DNA of 34,427 nt from a virus (Duplodnaviria > Caudoviricetes): the IMG/VR virus record IMGVR_UViG_3300020400_000019, positions 1 to 34,427 of that record, one strand, 5' to 3'. Below are positions 27,262 through 34,427 of the stretch, one piece after another. Below the pieces are notes generated by a model that saw nothing but the letters and a program-made list of their open reading frames with translations, had not been told where the DNA came from and searched no databases. The position numbers and the translations under genes are program-made. The first letter of the stretch is position 1, and the number at the start of each line of letters is the position of its first letter.

Positions 27262-29106
27262 TTAGTTTCTCTTTGAGAATGTGAATGTCTCATAGTCGAA
27301 TTGCAATGCTAATTCAAACATAGATTCGTCACGTGCCTTCAAAGACGATACTGTTCTTAGTTTTGACTTTGGATTTCTAATAATATCAGGGTTCTCGAAT
27401 GCAATATACTGATCTGATTTCTGTTCTATTGCTGAATTACCTTTACCGCTATGCACATCAAGTTTCTGACCTTCGCTCAACCTTGTTGATGAATATTTAG
27501 AAATGTGATGTATTGCGATAACAATAATATCTAGATCCATAGCCATGTCTTTTAAGGCATTAGCTATTGTTTCCTGTCTTACAAGATCATCATTACGTAC
27601 ATACTTAGCAGGTACTCTGTCTATTGTGTCTACTACAACTATTTTTGCTTCAGAATCTTGTACTACATTAGGTAAATCCTGAATGTCTGGTGACTTGCAA
27701 GTAAGTTGTAAATGCTCAACAGATTTCTTGGCAGCTTCTTTAAGTTCTATATCTCGATTTTGGAATCCAAGCTCGATTTCGTATTTAGTCATACCAAGAC
27801 CTGCTTGTACAAAACGCCTGTTAATCGTATCCTCATCTACTTCTAGCGACATAAATAAACACTTCATATTTGTAATCCTTGATATAAGATATTGTACAAA
27901 TGCAGTTTTACCTAAACCAGTGTCACCTATAATTGTAACAAGCTGACCTGTCGTAAAGTAATGAGACTTTTTCATAAATGGAAATACTTCCTTAAGATCA
28001 AAGGAACGGTCTTCCCAGTCTGTTTCATAGTATTTAGCAAGATTGTCAATCATGCTCTCAGCATTAAGAATGTCAGCAGTATCATCTAAATCTTTGTAAC
28101 GATACTTAAAACATTTATTATCGCAGTAAGGCACAAGCGTAGGATGATTACAACCATGATTGTATTCTCTACGCATTTGATCTACTACGATACGATTAAC
28201 TTCTTCCATTGGTAATGGGTTATCCATCTGTTCCATGTATGCTCTAGCATTGTGTAAACATTGTTGTTTATTCATACCTAGCTTTTTATTCCAGATAGCT
28301 ACCAAAGCTTGAAGATGTAAGTGACGTTTCTTTTCTACGTACCCAGCATTGTATATATGCTGTGCACATGTAATGATTCTTGTAGTGGATGCATTAGTAT
28401 TTTCAAATACTTTACGTACTTCATTAGTATTCTTTCTACTTACATCCATTGGTTCCAAACCAACAATCATTTCATGATGTATCTTTCTGACTGTTTTGTT
28501 TTGTACAGTTTTAGCATAGTAAACAATATCATCATAGGACATACTGTCCAGTTGCTCCTCTGTAACTGGTACTTTGTATGTTCTTGATTTATTGTTAAAA
28601 CTAAAACCTGCACGTATTAGTCTTCTTGAGTCATAAATATGATCTATGGTTGTACCAAAATCACGCTGCATTGTACTACGAACTTGATAAGCAAGATCTT
28701 TACTCTTTTGTTCTTTAAATCCGTAGACATTTGCTAGATGTATGTGAAAACCAGTACCTGAAAACCATATATTGTAATGTTGTTTATCAATTCCTAGTTC
28801 TGTCAAAACAGATAAAACATCATTAACATTATTGATTGTCATTTGGTCTGCAGTCAATCTATCAGGTGATTTAGCATGGTCTATGTCGATAACCAGCTTA
28901 TCAACAGCTTGTATACCATCGTATCCGACAACAGTTTTATGTTCTTCTATATATGGTACAATATCCTCACCGTACAAATACATACTACGATAAATCTCTT
29001 TGCCGATATTGTCCATTACAAGCTGATTGAAAAGCGGTTCTTCTATAACTTGATTACGGTTACTAACATTAGCAATGGCATACTCTACGTACCATTTACT
29101 ATCCAT
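27262..29106 (-). CDS. AEP primase(-polymerase) fused to a DnaB-like SF4 helicase
   Basis: AEP motifs VIDID, FSGTGFHIH, D.IYD.RRL.R; Walker A GDTGLGKT, SLE, Walker B VVVD, GNSAIEQKSD, KAR. Confidence 0.88.
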   Translation of the reverse strand: MDSKWYVEYAIANVSNRNQVIEEPLFNQLVMDNIGKEIYRSMYLYGEDIVPYIEEHKTVVGYDGIQAVDKLVIDIDHAKSPDRLTADQMTINNVNDVLSVLTELGIDKQHYNIWFSGTGFHIHLANVYGFKEQKSKDLAYQVRSTMQRDFGTTIDHIYDSRRLIRAGFSFNNKSRTYKVPVTEEQLDSMSYDDIVYYAKTVQNKTVRKIHHEMIVGLEPMDVSRKNTNEVRKVFENTNASTTRIITCAQHIYNAGYVEKKRHLHLQALVAIWNKKLGMNKQQCLHNARAYMEQMDNPLPMEEVNRIVVDQMRREYNHGCNHPTLVPYCDNKCFKYRYKDLDDTADILNAESMIDNLAKYYETDWEDRSFDLKEVFPFMKKSHYFTTGQLVTIIGDTGLGKTAFVQYLISRITNMKCLFMSLEVDEDTINRRFVQAGLGMTKYEIELGFQNRDIELKEAAKKSVEHLQLTCKSPDIQDLPNVVQDSEAKIVVVDTIDRVPAKYVRNDDLVRQETIANALKDMAMDLDIIVIAIHHISKYSSTRLSEGQKLDVHSGKGNSAIEQKSDQYIAFENPDIIRNPKSKLRTVSSLKARDESMFELALQFDYETFTFSKRN

Positions 29107-29110
29107 ATTA

Positions 29111-29671
29111 TTACAGCTCTATTCCGTCAAGTTGTACTTCAGGCTTTGATTCTTTCTTTTTGACGTTTTCGCCAAAGTTAAAGTCTTCATCACTGCCATC
29201 TGAATCACTGTAGTTCTTGATATAGCCTTTATTTACACTGTCCATAACCATCTTTTTAAGTATACCATCTGCTGAACCAGCTTGTGCAACACGATCAAAG
29301 TTATTCCAGTAAGGTTTACCTGAATCTTTGAGCTTGTTTGTAGGATAAGAACACATCTTAATTTGCCTACCAAGACAATCTCTTAGCCATTCTTCTGGAA
29401 TACCATAGTCTGCTTGTACTGGTAGACCTCTTTTACCAAGTGCACACTCAAAGAACTCAGCAATCTTAAAAGCACTACCCCATGATTTACGATCATCAAG
29501 TGGTACTGTTTTATTAAAACTACCGAATATAGTTATCTGGTCTTCCCAGTCGTGTCTTACATTTGCAGTCAAGAACAAGTCTGGTACAAACTTCATCCAG
29601 TCTTGTTTTGCTTCGTATTGAACATCAACGCTAATAATTGTTGCTGTTCGTTCCATACCTCCTGCCATCAT
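29111..29671 (-). CDS. Putative single-stranded DNA-binding protein
   Basis: GGAG RBS; between the SSAP and the primase-helicase; beta-rich core with acidic tail (DSDGSDEDF). Confidence 0.55.
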   Translation of the reverse strand: MMAGGMERTATIISVDVQYEAKQDWMKFVPDLFLTANVRHDWEDQITIFGSFNKTVPLDDRKSWGSAFKIAEFFECALGKRGLPVQADYGIPEEWLRDCLGRQIKMCSYPTNKLKDSGKPYWNNFDRVAQAGSADGILKKMVMDSVNKGYIKNYSDSDGSDEDFNFGENVKKKESKPEVQLDGIEL

Positions 29672-30333
29672 TTAGTCTCCTTTACTTTTTTGTTTGTAGA
29701 TTCAGCTTTAAGTGTTTCTTCTAACACTTTTAACTGTGCATATTTTCCGACAACTTCATCATTAGATCTGTCTTTTTCTGCTAACCATTTATCTACTCCA
29801 GCATTTATTGACAAACCTGTTTTGGTTTTATGATTCTTAAACCATTTTGAGTTAGATAAACGTTTTAGCTTTACAGTATCTTCTGATAATGTTTTTACTT
29901 CACCTTTAGTGTTTTTTCTTAACTCACTAATGTGATTACGATTATCCATGCTGTCAGCATCTGCAGTATCGTCAATAGCAAATAAACCGTTACACGCATA
30001 CTTGCGTGCATATGATGACGTAGCACCTGTGATTTGACTATCATCCATACCTTTCTTAGATACAGATTCTCTAGCATAGCCATTAACTGATACTTCGTCA
30101 TTACCATCACCAAATGTTGCTGTAGCTTTGATGTAGTTACTACCACCAATGTTTACAATCTCATCTGAAACAATAAGATAACAACCAGTTTCATTGAGTA
30201 ATTGTTTTACACCTTGAAAAATGTCTGCAAGATTGCGATAGTTGTATTTACCGAAATCATTTCTATGACCTTTTTCGACTTTTAGTGATGTCTGAACTAT
30301 GTTCAGCTTTTCATGTATGTTCATATCTTTCAT
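29668..30333 (-). CDS. erf: ERF-family single-strand annealing protein
   Basis: NDFGKYNYR..DI and KKGMDDSQITGATSSYARKYA.NGLF.IDD signature; start moved to ATG 30333 behind AAGGGA. Confidence 0.88.
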   Translation of the reverse strand: MKDMNIHEKLNIVQTSLKVEKGHRNDFGKYNYRNLADIFQGVKQLLNETGCYLIVSDEIVNIGGSNYIKATATFGDGNDEVSVNGYARESVSKKGMDDSQITGATSSYARKYACNGLFAIDDTADADSMDNRNHISELRKNTKGEVKTLSEDTVKLKRLSNSKWFKNHKTKTGLSINAGVDKWLAEKDRSNDEVVGKYAQLKVLEETLKAESTNKKVKETK

Positions 30334-30454
30334 ATATTTCCCTTTTGTTATTATTAAATCTTCTGGGATGTTCATGGCGACCGTAATATCCATGTTTACG
30401 ACAAGTTGCGATCTTGCTCTGGCCTAGTCCATCCCAGTTTCTCTTATAAGTCTT

Positions 30455-30473
30455 CATAGATAAAGGAAGCAGT
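30455..30473 (-). promoter_or_regulatory. 19-bp conserved motif, copy 3 (ACTGCTTCCTTTATCTATG)
   Basis: Intergenic, upstream of the ERF-SSB-primase/helicase block. Confidence 0.75.
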
Positions 30474-30549
30474 GCCAATTATGGAGAATGAATGCGGAGT
30501 TCATACCTTTTCGAGAAGATACCTAACCGACACTGCTGTCCTATTTTAT

Positions 30550-31278
30550 TTAGCTAATACCAAACTCCTTTAGTGTCCTATTATGTAAAGTAATATGACG
30601 TTCAAGTATTTTGTTTGGTGGCGTGCTCTTCAGAGCTTCTGTACATGCATTGTATAATGACCACACATTCTGATCCATAAACTCAGAATAAGGTGGGTTA
30701 TTCCAATGACGTATAGCATCTGTAGCTTGTCTAGCACCAAAAGCTTGATAACCTAATGCTCTACCTATAAAGCTGTATGCATCATCATTGCTGATTTCTA
30801 CATCTTTCATAGATTCTGCATCTTTGATGATGTTTGCAAACTTATCTTTACTTTTGTAAAGAACACTAACCAGTTTGTCTTGTAAGTCATCAAAGACATT
30901 TTTGGTGTGTTTTCTCATGTAAGTAACCTCACCTGTGAAAGCCATGTTATCGCAAACAAATACACTAGCACCTGCACAAAAACCAATTGACATGCTTTTG
31001 TCATGACTGCTACGTATGCCTATTGCCTTACCCATTTCTTCGTTGCTTGGGTCTTTGTATTGCAGTAAGCCAAAGAATCGTTGCTCGTTTTTACTTACTG
31101 CTAGTTTTTGATCTACAAAATCTAAATCAAGTAGATCGTCACAGATACGTCTTGTATTCATTAGTAGATCTGTAAAAGCTACTGGTTCGTATGTATCTGT
31201 TTTTTCTGGTAATGGTATAGCTGTTAATTCAGCAATGTTTACTTCTTTACCACCACAATGTATCATCATACTACTCAT
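30550..31278 (-). CDS. DUF932/DUF945-like phage/plasmid protein
   Basis: RSSHDKSMS...GA.VFVCDN...RKHT and N.WSLYNA.TE motifs. Confidence 0.75.
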   Translation of the reverse strand: MSSMMIHCGGKEVNIAELTAIPLPEKTDTYEPVAFTDLLMNTRRICDDLLDLDFVDQKLAVSKNEQRFFGLLQYKDPSNEEMGKAIGIRSSHDKSMSIGFCAGASVFVCDNMAFTGEVTYMRKHTKNVFDDLQDKLVSVLYKSKDKFANIIKDAESMKDVEISNDDAYSFIGRALGYQAFGARQATDAIRHWNNPPYSEFMDQNVWSLYNACTEALKSTPPNKILERHITLHNRTLKEFGIS

Positions 31279-31550
31279 GTTAATTCCCCTTTTTGTTCTA
31301 ACATTATTTTATTATGATTATCTTCAAGTTGATCGCATAAATATACATATGCTTCACCCCAATGAAATCGCTCAATGCTATGAGCTTCATCAGGAGATAT
31401 GAAATATTTATTAGGGTACATTCTGTTACCGTATTTGTCTTCCTGTAGAATTTCTACAAAAGCACCATTAGGTGGTACTCTATTTGTTTTGACACTTATA
31501 CTACGTTGTCCAAACTGTCCCCAATTTATTTTATTAATCTTAATGCTCAT
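31275..31550 (-). CDS. Hypothetical protein
   Basis: ATGA overlaps on both sides. Confidence 0.65.
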   Translation of the reverse strand: MSIKINKINWGQFGQRSISVKTNRVPPNGAFVEILQEDKYGNRMYPNKYFISPDEAHSIERFHWGEAYVYLCDQLEDNHNKIMLEQKGELT

Positions 31551-31873
31551 GTTGGTTTTACATTCTCTTTTAGCCTTTCAGCTATTTCATCAAATTGCAA
31601 TAACTCATCATCGTTCATAGCTATTATCCAGTTTCTAAATCTCCCATCGTGTAATGAACCGGGTAAATTTCTATAACCAACTACTTCTGTTAAGTCACCT
31701 TGCAGATCTAAAACTTCATTATCTACCTCGTAATAAGAATGTGCAAGTACTCCTAATGCACAATAACCATTACAATTTTTATCATACATAGTTCCGTCAG
31801 TAGGTTCATAAGATCCATCTGTAAGTGCTGTTGTCCATGTGTCTAACAGATCTTTAGGTAAGTTGTATTCCAT
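31547..31873 (-). CDS. Phage hypothetical protein
   Basis: AGGAG RBS; W..AL..G.Y...YC.LGV...MND....F.EIA pattern recalled from phage early proteins. Confidence 0.7.
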   Translation of the reverse strand: MEYNLPKDLLDTWTTALTDGSYEPTDGTMYDKNCNGYCALGVLAHSYYEVDNEVLDLQGDLTEVVGYRNLPGSLHDGRFRNWIIAMNDDELLQFDEIAERLKENVKPT

Positions 31874-31882
31874 TTTATTCTC

Positions 31883-32083
31883 CTATGATTTTTTAAGACT
31901 TATATTGAACATGTTTAATACTTTCTCATGCTCATCTTCTAGTTTTCTAATATACTCTTTTTCTTGTTCATCAGTTACTTCATAGACTCTATATGCACGT
32001 AATGCATCCATTACAGTTTTTACTTCAATAGCTGTATCAAATGCTATAGCTGGTCTAGTATCTGGTGCAGTAGTTTGTTTCAT
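31883..32083 (-). CDS. Hypothetical protein
   Basis: AAGGA RBS. Confidence 0.65.
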   Translation of the reverse strand: MKQTTAPDTRPAIAFDTAIEVKTVMDALRAYRVYEVTDEQEKEYIRKLEDEHEKVLNMFNISLKKS

Positions 32084-32100
32084 ATTTTCCTTTATGTTAC

Positions 32101-32216
32101 GTGATTACCAGAGCCACTTTGTTTTGTCTTTGTCGCATGCTATCCACGCAGACCCTCGGTGTGTTCCGAGATACCCTTAACGCACATGTTAAGTTGTTGG
32201 CGACTCTGGTTCTCAC
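32101..32216 (-). ncRNA. Candidate structured RNA (closing stem plus three hairpins)
   Basis: 11-bp closing stem ACCAGAGUCGC/GUGGCUCUGGU enclosing CUUAAC/GUUAAG, CUCGG/CCGAG and GUC-GCGUG/CAUGC-GAC hairpins; G-U pairs favour the - strand. Confidence 0.55.
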
Positions 32217-32381
32217 TGTTTTATTAGTACAAGTATAGATAACGCACTTGACTAATGACTACTGACCAAGCCACGTTTTAGGTGACGATGTTCAGCCATC
32301 TTTTTCAACCTCTAAACCCCTGTCGTATTTCTACGCTTTAGGAGATACTTTTTTACTAGAGGGTTTTACTAACCAATGGAG

Positions 32382-32645
32382 TTATTCCATCTCTGTAACG
32401 ATTAACTGTGATATGCCTAACTTACTGCTTGCATTCATGATTGTTTGTACCTTTGCTGTGCTGCAGTTGTCATGAGTACGTATTGTTGCACCGTCTACGA
32501 TAACTTCGACCTTGTATCGTCTACGATCCAGTACTACGTCTGTAGCTTTGCTTGCTATTTTTGATGATATATTTAGTATACCATTAGCAGTCATAGTTAC
32601 ATAACTCAATAATCGTGTGAATTTTAGTGCTGATGTTGTGTTCAT
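32382..32645 (-). CDS. Hypothetical protein
   Basis: Start moved to ATG 32645 (ATGA overlap with the upstream stop). Confidence 0.6.
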   Translation of the reverse strand: MNTTSALKFTRLLSYVTMTANGILNISSKIASKATDVVLDRRRYKVEVIVDGATIRTHDNCSTAKVQTIMNASSKLGISQLIVTEME

Positions 32646-32860
32646 TCGTTGATAGCCTCTTGTAATTTGTAGTAATTTAATTTCATTAACCAACTATCTA
32701 TAAGTTTATGTACCATACTATCCGACAGTTTGTGTTCTTCTTGAATATGAATTAAACCTTGAGCTACAAGATCATCCAAAAATGGATGTATTAACTCTGC
32801 CATTTGGTCAAAATAGCCATCGTTATCATATTCTTCAATGTTATCTAATTCTGAATGCAT
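32642..32860 (-). CDS. Hypothetical acidic protein
   Basis: GGAGG RBS. Confidence 0.65.
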   Translation of the reverse strand: MHSELDNIEEYDNDGYFDQMAELIHPFLDDLVAQGLIHIQEEHKLSDSMVHKLIDSWLMKLNYYKLQEAINE

Positions 32861-33041
32861 TGATACCCTCCGTTATTATAAGACTCTTATGTATTTCACT
32901 AAGTTTTTTTTGTATTTCATTAAGCCACATCAACGATGTTTTGTTTAAGTTGTAATCATTTCTTAGATCCGTATCTACATCATCAATCATCATCATAACT
33001 TGCTCAAGATCGCTGACTGCTTTATTACTTTTTACTGGCAT
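32841..33041 (-). CDS. Hypothetical helical protein
   Basis: Start moved to ATG 33041 behind AAGGAG. Confidence 0.6.
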   Translation of the reverse strand: MPVKSNKAVSDLEQVMMMIDDVDTDLRNDYNLNKTSLMWLNEIQKKLSEIHKSLIITEGINAFRIR

Positions 33042-33282
33042 AAGTTCTCCTTTCTGCAATTTGTGAATCAATGTATGATTCTACTTTAGATTCTAAATCA
33101 TCTAATTCACAACGCTCTATTGATGGTTTGTAAATACCTGTTTCTTCATAACTTACAAAACAGTCAGGACAAACTGGCATTTCACGATGTACACGTACCA
33201 GTTCTCCTGATAGTGGATGTTTTTTGTAGTCTGTGACTTCCTCAAAATGAATCACAGCATTCGGATGATGAACGCATTTCAT
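33025..33282 (-). CDS. Small putative zinc-ribbon protein
   Basis: AGGAG RBS; CVHH...CPDC. Confidence 0.65.
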   Translation of the reverse strand: MKCVHHPNAVIHFEEVTDYKKHPLSGELVRVHREMPVCPDCFVSYEETGIYKPSIERCELDDLESKVESYIDSQIAERRTYASKK

Positions 33283-33310
33283 AGTAAACTCCTACGTTAA
33301 TTATAAATAG

Positions 33311-33329
33311 CAGAGATTAAGGAAACAGT
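33311..33329 (-). promoter_or_regulatory. 19-bp conserved motif, copy 2 (ACTGTTTCCTTAATCTCTG)
   Basis: Intergenic; terminal G is 29 nt before the next ATG. Confidence 0.75.
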
Positions 33330-33331
33330 AG

Positions 33332-33461
33332 ACTGTTGAAGTGCTTGTTGTTACGTTGTTTTACCCTCTCGAATGGTCATAAACTATGAATATTTATCCA
33401 CATAATCAAGCCATAAGACTGTCTATTTGTTTGTATTACACAACTGTTACAGTGCTTGTTG
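33332..33461. repeat. Direct repeat ACTGTT(GA/AC)AGTGCTTGTTG at 33332-33350 and 33443-33461
   Basis: 17/19 identical, 111 bp apart, non-coding. Confidence 0.7.
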
Positions 33462-33531
33462 CTCCACTTTAAAAAATAAAGTTAGTTGACCTACTTAAAA
33501 ATATAATGGATGCGAAGCATTCCTTTTTAGT

Positions 33532-33563
33532 AAAAGACTACCCAAGATATACTCAGGTAGTCT
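33532..33563 (-). terminator. Intrinsic terminator after the 110-aa early gene
   Basis: - strand AGACUACCUGAG-UAUAU-CUUGGGUAGUCU-UUU; 12-bp stem with G-U pairs and a short U tract. Confidence 0.65.
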
Positions 33564-33577
33564 AATACTATCAAACG

Positions 33578-33910
33578 TTAGTCGTTCAATGGTCTTGCGA
33601 TCATGAACCGTACTGAGTTCTTATCCTTAGAAGGCATTTCAGTGTCTTCAAGAATACGCAAACCGTTTGGAATCAGTTGTTCTTCTATGAGGGTGTCTAG
33701 CTCTTCAGCAGATCCCTCTTCTAGTTTAACCCAGACGTTGAAGAACATCTCATCATCTGTGCAGTTTACGATGTCCGATATTGTGGCATTATGATTATGC
33801 CAAACACCATCTTTGTCCTGCTTAGATGATTGAAGCCAAAGAAATGATTCTTTAGCATTATCCTGTATGGTTTGACGAACGCTCTTTAATATGTTGTTCA
33901 GTTTCTTCAT
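33578..33910 (-). CDS. Hypothetical early protein
   Basis: AAGGGG RBS; alone between motif copy 1 and a terminator. Confidence 0.7.
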   Translation of the reverse strand: MKKLNNILKSVRQTIQDNAKESFLWLQSSKQDKDGVWHNHNATISDIVNCTDDEMFFNVWVKLEEGSAEELDTLIEEQLIPNGLRILEDTEMPSKDKNSVRFMIARPLND

Positions 33911-33953
33911 GATTAACCCCTTTTAGGTTATTGGTTAGTATTGGCAGAGTTGC

Positions 33954-33972
33954 CAAAGATTAAGGAAGCAGT
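33954..33972 (-). promoter_or_regulatory. 19-bp conserved motif, copy 1 (ACTGCTTCCTTAATCTTTG)
   Basis: Begins at the last base of the nuclease stop codon; its end overlaps a TTGGCA-ACTC-TGCCAA hairpin. Confidence 0.75.
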
Positions 33973-34400
33973 TACTTAGGCAGTATGTAGTAGTCTGTAG
34001 CAAATCTTCTTTTGTTCTGATTCTTAAAACTACCATTACTTTCTGCTTTTATTGGATCTACGAAGGCAAACTCTTTAGAATAAAGCTTACCTTTTAGTTC
34101 TTCAGGTTGTGGGTAGAATATTACATTATCTCCACTACCTTCAAGTGGTACAGCTATATAATCACAATGATTAGGTGTTACTTTTACCTTCAAAGAATGA
34201 CCATATGATGTGTCTGACATCCTTGTGCTGTACTTTACTTGTATAGACTTCCAATTATTGATTAGGGTTCTCTTGCCCCATTTCTTGGGTTTGCAGACAA
34301 CCATGTCTATTCCTAGATCTACGTCTGGTCTGCTAACAATGTACCCATTCTTTAAGAATAGATTGGCTACTTTGTTTTCTCCTATCATACCTTGTACCAT
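33972..34400 (-). CDS. PD-(D/E)XK nuclease (homing-endonuclease-like)
   Basis: G.IGE..VA..FL..GY.VS.P..D.G.D.V....IQVK; frame stays open to the window end, so the true start may lie outside. Confidence 0.7.
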   Translation of the reverse strand: MVQGMIGENKVANLFLKNGYIVSRPDVDLGIDMVVCKPKKWGKRTLINNWKSIQVKYSTRMSDTSYGHSLKVKVTPNHCDYIAVPLEGSGDNVIFYPQPEELKGKLYSKEFAFVDPIKAESNGSFKNQNKRRFATDYYILPK

Positions 34401-34427
34401 TGTTCCTACATCTAATGTAGTGGTACT

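Noticed and set aside
27995-28010. AGATCAAAGGAACGGT, resembling the 19-bp motif
   Set aside because: Needs indels and mismatches and lies inside the primase-helicase coding sequence
32101-32216. Cloverleaf-like fold as a tRNA gene
   Set aside because: No TTCRA T-loop, D-loop GG or 7-nt anticodon loop; reported as a generic structured RNA instead
33486-33507. TTGACC...TATAAT on the + strand resembling a sigma70 promoter
   Set aside because: Spacer is only 10 bp and it points antisense to the local genes
1-34427. Stop-codon reassignment as in some crAss-like phages
   Set aside because: The standard code gives dense, coupled ORFs; TAG and TGA fall at plausible gene ends (e.g. 1543, 7527, 670)

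Overview
Most of an AT-rich, probably marine, short-tailed (podovirus-like) dsDNA phage genome, in two convergent halves. The + strand (1-24461) is a tightly coupled virion/lysis arm: adaptor/ring proteins, chained tail-fibre proteins, holin-like and very basic small proteins, an M15 endolysin, a metallophosphoesterase, a tail nozzle protein, ejection-type proteins and a 2655-aa giant protein. The - strand (34400-24578) is an early/replication arm: PD-(D/E)XK nuclease, many small ORFs, DUF932-like protein, ERF recombinase, SSB-like protein, AEP primase-SF4 helicase fusion and Holliday-junction resolvase. Terminase, portal, capsid and DNA polymerase genes are not in the window. Main result: the giant protein carries, in the expected order, the motif set of single-chain two-barrel RNA polymerases (TDG; K..K; SxxK; RxP..39 aa..DNDSD; GKxxLG; DxxKDP). 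It is therefore a candidate virion-delivered RNA polymerase of the crAss-phage gp66/RNAi-polymerase type. The early arm has four intergenic, same-strand copies of a 19-bp non-palindromic motif (ACTGnTTCCTTwATCTnTG on the - strand) that are plausible cognate promoters, plus several structured-RNA-like elements. All family assignments come from motif recognition by eye; no searches were run.
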